Source: Eledone cirrhosa
Lineage: Eukaryota
NCBI GenBank assembly: GCA_964016885.1
Contig: OZ024744.1
Span: 120,094,001 to 120,158,000, forward strand
Direction: 5' to 3'
Length of the DNA: 64,000 nucleotides
Below the pieces are notes generated by a model. The model was not told the DNA's origin. It did no database searches and saw only the letters and a program-made list of their open reading frames with translations. The stretch's first letter is position 1; every line of letters starts with the position of its first letter. The position numbers and the translations under genes are program-made. Positions 26,801 through 41,949 of this stretch are shown here, one piece after another.

Positions 26801-29800
26801 CTCTCAATTTAGAGATTCTTTCCTGAGACATTCTAACCACATATCATAGTATTAGAGATGTGATCTCTCAATTCAGAGATTCTTTCCTGAGACATTCTAA
26901 CCACATGTCTGTAGTATCAGAGCTGTATGCTCTCAATTCAGAGATTCTTTCCTGAGACATTCTAACCACATGTCATAGTATCAGAGCTGTGATCTCTCAA
27001 TTCAGAGATTCTTTCCTGAGACATTCTAACCACATGGCATAGTATCAGAGCTGTGATATCTCAATTCAGAGATTCTTTCCTGAGATATTCTACCACATGT
27101 CATAGTATCAGAGCTGGGATCTCTCAATTCAGATATTCTTTCCTGAGACATTCTAACCACATGTCATAGTATCAGAGCTGTGATCTCTCAATTCAGAGAT
27201 TCTTTCCTGAGACATTCTAACCACATGTCTGTAGTATCAGAGCTGTGATCTCTCAATTCAGAGATTTTTTCCTGAGAAATTCTAACCACATGTCATAGTA
27301 TCAGAGCTGTGATCTCTCAATTCAGATATTCTTTCCTGAGACATTCTAACCACATGTCATAGTATCAGAGCTGTGATCTCTCAATTCAGATATTCTTTCC
27401 TGAGACATTAAAGCCACATGTCATAGGATCAGAGTTGTGATCTCTCAATTCAGAGACTCTTTCCTGAGATATTGTAAACGCAAGTCATATTATCAGAGCT
27501 GTGATCTCTCAATTCAGAGATTCTATCCTGAGACATTCTAACCACATGTCATAGTATCAGAACTGTTCTCTCTAAATTTAGAGATTCTTTCATGAGATAT
27601 TTTAACCACATGTCATAGTATCAGAGCTGTGATCTCCCAATTCAGACATTCTTTCCTGGGATATTCTAACCACATGTCATAGTATCAGAGCTGTGATCTC
27701 TCAATTCAGAGATTCTTTCCTGATACATTCTAACCACATGTCATAGTATCAGAGCTGTGATCTCTCAATTCAGAGATTCTTTCCTGAGACATTCTAAACA
27801 ACGTCATAGTATCAGAGCTGTGATATCTCAATTCAGAGATTCTTTCCTGAGACATTCTAATCACATGTCATAGTATCAGAGCTGTGATCTCTCAATTTAG
27901 ATATTCTTTCCTGAGATATTCTAACCACATGTCATAGTATTAGAGCTGTGATCTCTCAATTCAGAGGTTCTTTCCTGAGACATTCTAACCACATGTCTGT
28001 AGTATCAGAGCTGTGATCTCTCAATTAAGAGATTCTTTCCTGGGACATTCTAACCACATGTCATAGTATCAGAGCTGTGATCTCTCAATTCAGAGATTCA
28101 TTCCTGAGACATTCTAAGCTCGTCATAGTATCAGAGCTGTGATATCTCAATTCAGAGATTCTTTCCTGAGATATTCTAACCACATGTCATAGTAATAGAG
28201 CTGTGATCTCTCAATTCGGAGATTCTTTCCTGAGACATTCTAACCACATGTCTGTAGTATCAGAGCTGTATGCTCTCAATTCAGAGATTCTTTCCTGAGA
28301 CATTCTAACCACATGTCATAGTATCAGGGCTGTGATCTCTCAATTCAGAGATTCTTTCCTGAGACATTTTAACCACATGTCATAGTATCAGAGGTGTGAT
28401 CTCTTAATTTAGAGATTCTTTCATGAGATATTCTAACCACATGTCATAGTATCAGAGCTGTGATATCTCAATTCAGAGATGCTTTCCTGAGACATTCTAA
28501 CCACATGTCATAGTATCAGGGCTGTGATCTCTCAATTCAGAGATTCTTTCCTGAGACATTCTAACCACATGTGATAGTATCAGAGCTTTGATATCTCAAT
28601 TCAGAGATTCTTTCCTGAGATATTCTAACCACATGTCATAGTATCAGAGCTGTGATTTCTCAATTCAGAGATTCTTTCCTGAGACATTCTAACCACATGT
28701 CATAATATCAGAGCTGTGATCTCTTAATTTAGAGATTCTTTCATGAGATATTCTAACCACATGTCATAGTATCAGAGCTGTGATCTCTCAATTCAGAGAT
28801 TCTTTCCTGAGACATTCTAACCACATGTCATAGTATCAGAGCTGTGATCTCTCAATTCAGAGATTCTTTCCTGAGACATTCTAACCACATGTCACAGTAT
28901 CAGAGCTGTCATCTCTCAATTCAGAGATTCTTTCCTGAGACATTCTAACCACATGTCATAGTATCAGATCTGTGATCTCTCAATTCAGAGATTATTTCCT
29001 GAGATATTCTAACCACATATCATAGTATCAGAGCTGTGATCTCTCAATTCAGAGATTCTTTCCTGAGACATTCTAACCACATGTAATAGTATTAGATCTG
29101 TGATCTCTCAATTTAGAGATTCTTTCCTGAGACATTCTAACTCCATGTCCACAGTATCAGAGCTGTGATCTCTCAATTTAGAGATTCTTTCCTGAGATAT
29201 TCTAACCACATGTCATAGTATTAGAGATGTGATCTCTCAATTCAGAGATTCTTTCCTGAGACATTCTAACCACATGTCTGTAGTATCAGAGCTGTATGCT
29301 CTCAATTCAGAGATTCTTTCCTGAGACATTCTAACCACATGTCATAGTATCAGAGCTGTGATCTCTCAATTCAGAGATTCTTTCCTGAGACATTCTAACC
29401 ACATGGCATAGTATCAGAGCTGTGATATCTCAATTCAGAGATTCTTTCCTGAGATATTCTACCACATGTCATAGTATCAGAGCTGGGATCTCTCAATTCA
29501 GATATTCTTTCCTGAGACATTCTAAACACATGTCATAGGATCAGTGTTGTGATCTCTCAATTCAGAGATTCTTTCCTGAGATATTCTAACCACATATCAT
29601 AGTATTAGAGATGTGATCTCTCAATTCAGAGATTCTTTCCTGAGACATTCTAACCACATGTCTGTAGTATCAGAGCTGTATGCTCTCAATTCAGAGATTC
29701 TTTCCTGAGACATTCTAACCACATGTCATAGTATCAGAGCTGTGATCTCTCAATTCAGAGATTCTTTCCTGAGACATTCTAACCACATGTCTGTAGTATC

Positions 29801-32800
29801 AGAGCTGTGATCTCTCAATTCAGAGATTCTTTCCTGAGAAATTCTAACCACATGTCATAGTATCAGAGCTGTGATCTCTCAATTCAGATATTCTTTCCTG
29901 AGACATTCTAACCACATGTCATAGTATCAGAGCTGTGATCTCTCAATTCAGATATTCTTTCCTGAGACAATAAAGCCACATGTCATAGGATCAGAGTTGT
30001 GATCTCTCAATTCAGAGACTCTTTCCTGAGATATTGTAAACGCAAGTCATATTATCAGAGCTGTGATCTCGCAATTCAGAGATTCTATCCTGTGACATTC
30101 TAACCACATGTCATAGTATCAGAACTGTCCTTTCTAAATTTAGAGATTCTTTCATGAGATATTTTAACCACATGTCATAGTATCAGAGCTGTGATCTCCC
30201 AATTCAGACATTCTTTCCTGGGATATTCTAACCACATGTCATAGTATCAGAGCTGTGATCTCTCAATTCAGAGATTCTTTCCTGATACATTCTAACCACA
30301 TGTCATAGTATCAGAGCTGTGATCTCTCAATTCAGAGATTCTTTCCTGAGACATTCTAACCACGTCATAGTATCAGAGCTGTGATATCTCAATTCAGAGA
30401 TTCTTTCCTGAGACATTCTAATCACATATCATAGTATCAGAGCTGTGATCTCTCAATTCAGAGATTCTTTCCTGAGACATTCTAACCACATGTAATAGTA
30501 TTAGATCTGTGATCTCTCAATTTAGAGATTCTTTCCTGAGACATTCTAACTCCATGTCCACAGTATCAGAGCTGTGATCTCTCAATTTAGAGATTCTTTC
30601 CTGAGATATTCTAACCACATGTCATAGTATTAGAGATGTGATCTCTCAATTCAGAGATTCTTTCCTGAGACATTCTAACCACATGTCTGTAGTATCAGAG
30701 CTGTATGCTCTCAATTCAGAGATTCTTTCCTGAGGCATTCTAACCACATGTCATAGTATCAGAGCTGTGATCTCTCAATTCAGAGATTCTTTCCTGAGAC
30801 ATTCTAACCACATGGCATAGTATCAGAGCTGTGATATTCAGAGATTCTTTCCTGAGATATTCTACCACATGTCATAGTATCAGAGCTGGGATCTCTCAAT
30901 TCAGATATTCTTTCCTGAGACATTCTAACCACATGTCATAGGATCAGTGTTGTGATCTCTCAATTCAGAGATTCTTTCCTGAGATATTCTAACCACATGT
31001 CATAGTATCAGAGCTGTGATCTCTCAATTCAGAGATTCTTTCCTGAGACATTCTTACCACATGTCTGTAGTATCAGAGCTGTGATCTCTCAATTCAGAGA
31101 TTGTTTCCTGAGAAATTCTAACCACATGTCATAGTATCAGAGCTGTGATCTCTCAATTCAGATATTCTTTCCTGAGACATTCTAACCACATGTCATAGTA
31201 TCAGAGTTGTGATCTCTCAATTCAGAGACTCTTTCCTGAGATATTGTAAACGCATGTCATATTATCAGAGCTGTGATCTCTCAATTCAGAGATTCTATCC
31301 TGAGACATTCTAACCACATGTCATAGTATCAGAACTGTTCTCTCTAAATTTAGAGATTCTTTCATGATATATTTTAACCACATGTCATAGTATCAGAGCT
31401 GTGATCTCCCAATTCAGACATTCTTTCCTGGGATATTCTAACCACATGTCATAGTATCAGAACTGTGATCTCTCAATTCAGATATTCTTTCCTGAAACAT
31501 TAAAGCCACATGTCATAGGATCAGAGTTGTGGTCTCTCAATTCAGAGATTCTTTCCTGAGATATTGTAAACACATGTCATATTATCAGAGCTGTGATCTC
31601 TCAATTCAGAGATTCTTTCCTGAGACATTCTTACCACATGTCTGTAGTATCAGAGTTGTGATCTCTCAATTCAGATATTCTTTCCGGAGACATTCTAACC
31701 ACATGTCATATTATCAGAGTTGTGATCTCTCAATTCAGTGATTCTTTCCTGAGATATTCTAACCAAATGTCATAGTATCAGAGCTGTGATATCTCAATTC
31801 AGAGATTCTTTCCTGAGACATTCTTACCACATGTCATAGTATCAGAGCTGTGATCTCTCAATTTAGAGATTCTTTCCTGAGACATTCTAACCACATGTCA
31901 TAGTATCAGAACTGTGATTTCTCAATTCAGAGATTCTATCCTGAGACATTCTAACCACATGTCATAGTATCAGAGCTGTTCTCTCTAAATTTAGAGATTC
32001 TTTCATAAGATATTTTAACCACATGTCATAGTATCAGAGCTGTGATCTCTCAATTCAGAGATTCATTCCTGAGACATTCTAAGCTCGTCATAGTATCAGA
32101 GCTGTGATATCTCAATTCAGAGATTCTTTCCTGAGATATTCTAACCACATGTCATAGTATTAGAGCTGTGATCTCTCAATTCGGAGATTCTTTCCTGAGA
32201 CATTCTAACCACATGTCATAATATCAGAGCTGTGATCTCTTAATTTAGAGATTCTTTCATGAGATATTCTAACCACATGTCATAGTATCAGAGCTGTGAT
32301 CTCTCAATTCAGAGATTCTTTCCTGAGACATTCTAACCACATGTCATAGTATCAGAGATGTCTTCTCTCAATTCAGAGATTCTTTCCTGAGACATTCTAA
32401 CCACATGTCATAATATCAGAGCTGTGATCTCTTAATTAAGAGATTCTTTCATGAGATAGTCTAACCACATGTCATAGTATCAGAGCTGTGATCTCTCAAT
32501 TCAGAGATTCTTTCCTGAGACATTCTAACCACATGTCATAGTATCAGAGCTGTGATCTCTCAATTCAGAGATTCTTTCCTGAGATATTCTAACCACATAT
32601 CATAGTATCAGAGCTGTGATCTCTCAATTCAGAGATTCTTTCCTGAGACATTCTAACCACATGTAATAGTATTAGATCTGTGATCTCTCAATTTAGAGAT
32701 TCTTTCCTGAGACATTCTAACCACATATCATAGTATTAGAGATGTGATCTCTCAATTCAGAGATTCTTTCCTGAGACATTCTAACCACATGTCTGTAGTA

Positions 32801-35690
32801 TCAGAGCTGTATGCTCTCAATTCAGAGATTCTTTCCTGAGACATTCTAACCACATGTCATAGTATCAGAGCTGTGATCTCTCAATTCAGAGATTCTTTCC
32901 TGAGACATTCTAACCACATGGCATAGTATCAGAGCTGTGATATCTCAATTCAGAGATTCTTTCCTGAGATATTCTACCACATGTCATAGTATCAGAGCTG
33001 GGATCTCTCAATTCAGATATTCTTTCCTGAGACATTCTAACCACATGTCATAGGATCAGTGTGGTGATCTCTCAATTCAGAGATTCTTTCCTGAGATATT
33101 CTAACCACATGTCATAGTATCAGAGCTGTGATCTCTCAATTCAGAGATTCTTTCCTGAGACATTCTAACCACATGTCTGTAGTATCAGAGCTGTGATCTC
33201 TCAATTCAGAGATTTTTTCCTGAGAAATTCTAACCACATGTCATAGTATCAGAGCTGTGATCTCTCAATTCAGATATTCTTTCCTGAGACATTCTAACCA
33301 CATGTCATAGTATCAGAGCTGTGATCTCTCAATTCAGATATTCTTTCCTGAGACATTAAAGCCACATGTCATAGGATCAGAGTTGTGATCTCTCAATTCA
33401 GAGACTCTTTCCTGAGATATTGTAAACGCAAGTCATATTATCAGAGCTGTGATCTCTCAATTCAGAGATTCTATCCTGAGACATTCTAACCACATGTCAT
33501 AGTATCAGAACTGTTCTCTCTAAATTTAGAGATTCTTTCATGAGATATTTTAACCACATGTCATAGTATCAGAGCTGTGATCTCCCAATTCAGACATTCT
33601 TTCCTGGGATATTCTAACCACATGTCATAGTATCAGAGCTGTGATCTCTCAATTCAGAGATTCTTTCCTGATACATTCTAACCACATGTCATAGTATCAG
33701 AGCTGTGATCTCTCAATTCAGAGATTCTTTCCTGAGACATTCTAAACAACGTCATAGTATCAGAGCTGTGATATCTCAATTCAGAGATTCTTTCCTGAGA
33801 CATTCTAATCACATGTCATAGTATCAGAGCTGTGATCTCTCAATTTAGATATTCTTTCCTGAGATATTCTAACCACATGTCATAGTATTAGAGCTGTGAT
33901 CTCTCAATTCAGAGGTTCTTTCCTGAGACATTCTAACCACATGTCTGTAGTATCAGAGCTGTGATCTCTCAATTAAGAGATTCTTTCCTGGGACATTCTA
34001 ACCACATGTCATAGTATCAGAGCTGTGATCTCTCAATTCAGAGATTCATTCCTGAGACATTCTAAGCTCGTCATAGTATCAGAGCTGTGATATCTCAATT
34101 CAGAGATTCTTTCCTGAGATATTCTAACCACATGTCATAGTATTAGAGCTGTGATCTCTCAATTCGGAGATTCTTTCCTGAGACATTCTAACCACATGTC
34201 TGTAGTATCAGAGCTGTATGCTCTCAATTCAGAGATTCTTTCCTGAGACATTCTAACCACATGTCATAGTATCAGGGCTGTGATCTCTCAATTCAGAGAT
34301 TCTTTCCTGAGACATTTTAACCACATGTCATAGTATCAGAGGTGTGATCTCTTAATTTAGAGATTCTTTCATGAGATATTCTAACCACATGTCATAGTAT
34401 CAGAGCTGTGATATCTCAATTCAGAGATGCTTTCCTGAGACATTCTAACCACATGTCATAGTATCAGGGCTGTGATCTCTCAATTCAGAGATTCTTTCCT
34501 GAGACATTCTAACCACATGTGATAGTATCAGAGCTTTGATATCTCAATTCAGAGATTCTTTCCTGAGATATTCTAACCACATGTCATAGTATCAGAGCTG
34601 TGATTTCTCAATTCAGAGATTCTTTCCTGAGACATTCTAACCACATGTCATAATATCAGAGCTGTGATCTCTTAATTTAGAGATTTTTTCATGAGATATT
34701 CTAACCACATGTCATAGTATCAGAGCTGTGATCTCTCAATTCAGAGATTCTTTCCTGAGACATTCTAACCACATGTCATAGTATCAGAGCTGTGATCTCT
34801 CAATTCAGAGATTCTTTCCTGAGACATTCTAACCACATGTCACAGTATCAGAGCTGTCATCTCTCAATTCAGAGATTCTTTCCTGAGACATTCTAACCAC
34901 ATGTCATAGTATCAGATCTGTGATCTCTCAATTCAGAGATTATTTCCTGAGATATTCTAACCACATATCATAGTATCAGAGCTGTGATCTCTCAATTCAG
35001 AGATTCTTTCCTGAGACATTCTAACCACATGTAATAGTATTAGATCTGTGATCTCTCAATTTAGAGATTCTTTCCTGAGACATTCTAACTCCATGTCCAC
35101 AGTATCAGAGCTGTGATCTCTCAATTTAGAGATTCTTTCCTGAGATATTCTAACCACATGTCATAGTATTAGAGATGTGATCTCTCAATTCAGAGATTCT
35201 TTCCTGAGACATTCTAACCACATGTCTGTAGTATCAGAGCTGTATGCTCTCAATTCAGAGATTCTTTCCTGAGACATTCTAACCACATGTCATAGTATCA
35301 GAGCTGTGATCTCTCAATTCAGAGATTCTTTCCTGAGACATTCTAACCACATGGCATAGTATCAGAGCTGTGATATCTCAATTCAGAGATTCTTTCCTGA
35401 GATATTCTACCACATGTCATAGTATCAGAGCTGGGATCTCTCAATTCAGATATTCTTTCCTGAGACATTCTAAACACATGTCATAGGATCAGTGTTGTGA
35501 TCTCTCAATTCAGAGATTCTTTCCTGAGATATTCTAACCACATATCATAGTATTAGAGATGTGATCTCTCAATTCAGAGATTCTTTCCTGAGACATTCTA
35601 ACCACATGTCTGTAGTATCAGAGCTGTATGCTCTCAATTCAGAGATTCTTTCCTGAGACATTCTAACCTCATGTCATAGTATCAGAGCTG
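23850..35690 (+). repeat. 92/93-monomer (~5.9 kb) tandem duplication
   Basis: GACAATAAAG at 24076/29966 (offset 5890). After a 6-bp deletion at ~30837 the offset is 5884 (ORFs 25645/31529; GATAGTCTAA 26571/32455). After one extra monomer at ~33050 it is 5948 (CTAAACAACG 27794/33742). Confidence 0.9.
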
Positions 35691-37389
35691 TGATCTCTCA
35701 ATTCAGAGATTCTTTCCTGAGACATTCTAACCACATGGCATAGTATCAGAGCTGTGATATCTCAATTCAGAGATTCTTTCCTGAGATATTCTACCACATG
35801 TCATAGTATCAGAGCTGGGATCTCTCAATTCAGATATTCTTTCCTGAGACATTCTAACCACATGTCATAGGATCAGTGTTGTGATCTCTCAATTCAGAGA
35901 TTCTTTCCTGATATATTCTAACCACATGTCATAGTATCAGAGCTGTGATCTCTCAATTCAGAGATTCTTTCCTGAGACATTCTAACCACATGTCTGTAGT
36001 ATCAGAGCTGTGATCTCTCAATTCAGAGATTTTTTCCTGAGAAATTCTAACCACATGTCATAGTATCAGAGCTGTGATCTCTCAATTCAGATATTCTTTC
36101 CTGAGACATTCTAACCACATGTCATAGTATCAGAGCTGTGATCTCTCAATTCAGATATTCTTTCCTGAGACATTAAAGCCACATGTCATAGGATCAGAGT
36201 TGTGATCTCTCAATTCAGAGACACTTTCCTGAGATATTGTAAACGCAAGTCATATTATCAGAGCTGTGATCTCTCAATTCAAAGATTCTATCCTGAGACA
36301 TTCTAACCACATGTCATAGTATCAGAACTGTTCTCTCTAAATTTAGAGATTCTTTCATGAGATATTTTAACCACATGTCATAGTATCAGAGCTGTGATCT
36401 CCCAATTCAGACATTCTTTCCTGGGATATTCTAACCACATGTCATAGTATCAGAGCTGTGATCTCTCAATTCAGATATTCTTTCCTGATACATTCTAACC
36501 ACATGTCATAGTATCAGAGCTGTGATCTCTCAATTCAGAGATTCTTTCCTGAGACATTCTAAACAACGTCATAGTATCAGAGCTGTGATATCCCAATTCA
36601 GAGATTCTTTCCTGAGACATTCTAATCACATGTCATAGTATCAGAGCTGTGATCTCTCAATTTAGATATTCTTTCCTGAGATATTCTAACCACATGTGAT
36701 AGTATTAGAGCTGTGATCTCTCAATTCAGAGGTTCTTTCCTGAGACTTTCTAACCACATGTCTGTAGTATCAGAGCTGTGATCTCTCAATTAAGAGATTC
36801 TTTCCTGGGACATTCTAACCACATGTCATAGTATCAGGGCTGTGATCTCTCAATTCAGAGATTCTTTCCTGAGACATTTTAAACACATGTCATAGTATCA
36901 GAGCTGTGATCTCTTAATTTAGAGATTCTTTCATGAGATATTCTAACCACATGTCATAGTATCAGAGCTGTGATATCTCAATTCAGAGATGCTTTCCTGA
37001 GACATTCTAACCACATGTCATAGTATCAGAGCTGTGATCTCTCAATTCAGAGATTCTTTCCTGAGACATTCTAACCACATATCATAGTATCAGAGCTTTG
37101 ATATCTCAATTCAGAGTTTCTTTCCTGAGATATTCTAACCACATGTCATAGTATCAGAGCTGTGATCTCTCAATTCAGAGATTCTTTCCTGAGACATTCT
37201 AACCACATGTCATAGTATCAGAGCTGTGCCCTCTCAATTCAGAGATTCTTTCCTGAGACATTCTAACCACATGTCACAGTATCAGAGCTGTGATCTCTCA
37301 ATTCAGAGATTCTTTCCTGAGACATTTTAAACACATGTCATAGTATCAGAGCTGTGATCTCTTAATTTAGAGATTCTTTCATGAGATAT

Positions 37390-39600
37390 TCTAACCACAT
37401 GTCATAGTATCAGAGCTGTGATCTCTCAATTCAGAGATTCTTTCCTGAGACATTCTAACCACATGTCATAGTATCAGAGCTGTGCCCTCTCAATTCAGAG
37501 ATTCTTTCCTGAGACATTCTAACCACATGTCACAGTATCAGAGCTGTGATCTCTCAATTCAGAGATTCTTTCCTGAGACATTCTAACCACATGTCATAGT
37601 ATCAGATCTGTGATCTCTCAATTCAGAGATTATTTCCTGAGATATTCTAACCACATATCATAGTATCAGAACTGTGATCTCTCAATTCAGAGATTCTTTC
37701 CTGAGACATTCTAACCACATGTAATAGTATTAGATCTGTGATCTCTCAATTTAGAGATTCTTTCCTGAGACATTCTAACTCCATGTCCACAGTATCAGAG
37801 CTGTGATCTCTCAATTTAGAGATTCTTTCCTGAGATATTCTAACCACATGTCATAGTATTAGAGATGTGATCTCTCAATTCAGAGATTCTTTCCTGAGAC
37901 ATTCTAACCACATATCTGTAGTATCAGAGCTGTATGCTCTCAATTCAGAGATTCTTTCCTGAGACATTCTAACCACATGTCATAGTATCAGAGCTGTGAT
38001 CTCTCAATTCAGAGATTCTTTCCTGAGACATTCTAACTACATGGCATAGTATCAGAGCTGTGATATCTCAATTCAGAGATTCTTTCCTGAGATATTCTAC
38101 CACATGTCATAGTATCAGAGCTGGGATCTCTCAATTCAGATATTCTTTCCTGAGACATTCTAACCACATGTCATAGGATCAGGGTTGTGATCTCTCAATT
38201 CAGAGATTCTTTCCTGAGATATTCTAACCACATGTCATAGTATCAGAGCTGTGATCTCTCAATTCAGAGATTCTTTCCTGAGACATTCTAACCACATGTC
38301 TGTAGTATCAGAGCTGTGATCTCTCAATTCAGAGATTCTTTCCTGAGAAATTCTAACCACATGTCATAGTATCAGAGCTGTGATCTCTCAATTCAGAGAT
38401 TCTTTCCTGAGACATTCTAACCACATGTCATAGTATCAGAGCTTTGATATCTCAATTCAGAGTTTCTTTCCTGAGATATTCTAACCACATGTCATAGTAT
38501 CAGAGATGTCTTCTCTCAATTCAGAGATTCTTTCCTGAGACATTCTAACCACATGTCATAATATCAGAGCTGTGATCTCTTAATTTAGAGATTCTTTCAT
38601 GAGATATTCTAACCACATGTCATAGTATCAGAGCTGTGATCTCTCAATTCAGAGATTCTTTCCTGAGACATTCTAACCACATGTCATAGTATCAGAGCTG
38701 TGCCCTCTCAATTCAGAGATTCTTTCCTGAGACATTCTAACCACATGTCACAGTATCAGAGCTGTGATCTCTCAATTCAGAGATTCTTTCCTGAGACATT
38801 CTAACCACATGTCATAGTATCAGATCTGTGATCTCTCAATTCAGAGATTATTTCCTGAGATATTCTAACCACATATCATAGTATCAGAACTGTGATCTCT
38901 CAATTCAGAGATTCTTTCCTGAGACATTCTAACCACATGTAATAGTATTAGATCTGTGATCTCTCAATTTAGAGATTCTTTCCTGAGACATTCTAACTCC
39001 ATGTCCACAGTATCAGAGCTGTGATCTCTCAATTTAGAGATTCTTTCCTGAGATATTCTAACCACATGTCATAGTATTAGAGATGTGATCTCTCAATTCA
39101 GAGATTCTTTCCTGAGACATTCTAACCACATATCTGTAGTATCAGAGCTGTATGCTCTCAATTCAGAGATTCTTTCCTGAGACATTCTAACCACATGTCA
39201 TAGTATCAGAGCTGTGATCTCTCAATTCAGAGATTCTTTCCTGAGACATTCTAACTACATGGCATAGTATCAGAGCTGTGATATCTCAATTCAGAGATTC
39301 TTTCCTGAGATATTCTACCACATGTCATAGTATCAGAGCTGGGATCTCTCAATTCAGATATTGTTTCCTGAGACATTCTAACCACATGTCATAGGATCAG
39401 GGTTGTGATCTCTCAATTCAGAGATTCTTTCCTGAGATATTCTAACCACATGTCATAGTATCAGAGCTGTGATCTCTCAATTCAGAGATTCTTTCCTGAG
39501 ACATTCTAACCACATGTCTGTAGTATCAGAGCTGTGATCTCTCAATTCAGAGATTCTTTCCTGAGAAATTCTAACCACATGTCATAGTATCAGAGCTGTG
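37390..39600 (+). repeat. 19-monomer (1218 bp) duplication
   Basis: TGCCCTCT at 37483/38701, AACTACATGG variant T at 38038/39256, and CAGGGTTGTG at 38180/39398; all offsets are 1218. Confidence 0.85.
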
Positions 39601-41949
39601 ATCTCTCAATTCAGATATTCTTTCCTGAGACATTCTAAACACATGTCATAGTATCAGAGCTGTGATCTCTCAATTCAGATATTCTTTCCTGAGACATTAA
39701 AGCCACATGTCATAGGATCAGAGTTGTGATCTCTCAATTCAGAGACTCTATCCTGAGATATTGTAAACGCATGTCATATTATTAGAGCTGTGATCTCTCA
39801 ATTCAGAGATTCTATCCTGAGACATTCTAACCACATGTCATAGTATCAGAACTGTTCTCTCTAAATTTAGAGATTCTTTCATGAGATATTTTAACCACAT
39901 GTCATAGTATCAGAGCTGTGATCTCCCAATTCAGACATTCTTTCCTGGCATATTCTAACCACATGTCATAGTATCAGAGCTGTAATCTCTCAATTCAGAG
40001 ATTCTTTCCTGATACATTCTAACCACATGTCATAGTATCAGAGCTGTGATCTCTCAATTCAGAGATTCTTTCCTAAGACATTCTAACCACATGTCATAGT
40101 ATCAGAGCTGTGATCTCTTAATATAGAGATTATTTCCTGAGATATTCTAACCACATATCATAGTATCAGAGCTGTGATCTCTCAATTCAGAGATTCTTTC
40201 CTGAGACATTCTAACCACATGTAATAGTATTAGATCTGTGATCTCTCAATTTAGAGATTCTTTCCTGAGATATTCTAACCACATGTCATAGTATTAGAGA
40301 TGTGATCTCTCAATTCAGAGATTCTTTCCTGAGACATTCTAACCACATATCTGTAGTATCAGAGCTGTATGCTCTCAATTCAGAGATTCTTTCCTGAGAC
40401 ATTCTAACCACATGTCATAGTATCAGAGCTGTGATCTCTCAATTCAGAGATTCTTTCCTGAGACATTCTAACCACATGGCATAGTATCAGAGCTGTGATA
40501 TCTCAATTCAGAGATTCTTTCCTGAGATATTCTACCACATGTCATAGTATCAGAGCTGTGATCTCTCAATTCAGATATTCTTTCCTGAGACATTCTAACC
40601 ACATGTCATAGGATCAGTGTTGTGATCTCTAAATTCAGAGATTCTTTCCTGAGATATTCTAACCACATGTCATAGTATCAGAGCTGTGATCTCTCAATTC
40701 AGAGATTCTTTCCTGAGACATTCTAACCACATGGCATAGTATCAGAGCTGTGATATCTCAATTCAGAGATTCTTTCCTGAGATATTCTACCACATGTCAT
40801 AGTATCAGAGCTGGGATCTCTCAATTCAGATATTCTTTCCTGAGACATTCTAACCACATGTCATAGGATCAGTGTTGTGATCTCTCAATTCAGAGATTCT
40901 TTCCTGAGATATTCTAACCACATGTCATAGTATCAGAGCTGTGATCTCTCAATTCAGATAATCTTTCCTGAGACATTCTAACCACATGTCATAGTATCAG
41001 AGTTGTGATCTCTCAATTCAGAGACTCTTTCCTGAGATATTGTAAACGCATGTCATATTATCAGAGCTGTGATCTCTCAATTCAGAGATTCTATCCTGAG
41101 ACATTCTAACCACATGTCATAGTATCAGAACTGTTCTCTCTAAATTTAGAGATTCTTTCATGAGATATTTTAACCACATGTCATAGTATCAGAGCTGTGA
41201 TCTCCCAATTCAGACATTCTTTCCTGGGATATTCTAACCACATGTCATAGTATCAGAGCTGTGATCTCTCAATTCAGATATTCTTTCCTGAAACATTAAA
41301 GCCACATGTCATAGGATCAGATTTGTGTTCTCTCAATTCAGAGATTCTTTCCTGAGATATTGTAAACACATGTCATATTATCAGAGCTGTGATCTCTCAA
41401 TTCAGAGATTCTTTCCGGAGACATTCTAACCACATGTCATATTATCAGAGTTGTGATCTCTCAATTCAGTGATTCTTTCCTGAGATATTCTAACCAAATG
41501 TCATAGTATCAGAGCTGTGATATCTCAATTCAGAGATTCTTTCCTGAGACATTCTTACCACATGTCATAGTATCAGAGCTGTGATCTCTCAATTTAGAGA
41601 TTCTTTCCTGAGACATTCTAACCACATGTCATAGTATCAGAACTGTGATTTCTCAATTCAGAGATTCTATCCTGAGACATTCTAACCACATGTCATAGTA
41701 TCAGAGCTGTTCTCTCTAAATTTAGAGATTCTTTCATAAGATATTTTAACCACATGTCATAGTATCAGAGCTGTGATCTCTCAATTCAGAGATTCATTCC
41801 TGAGACATTCTAAGCTCGTCATAGTATCAGAGCTGTGATATCTCAATTCAGAGATTCTTTCCTGAGATATTCTAACCACATGTCATAGTATTAGAGCTGT
41901 GATCTCTCAATTCGGAGATTCTTTCCTGAGACATTCTAACCACATGTCT

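Noticed and set aside
31529-31741. Second identical 70-aa ORF
   Set aside because: It is a passive copy inside the 5.9 kb duplication (offset 5884). The one synonymous difference I noticed (GTA/GTG) is not evidence of selection.
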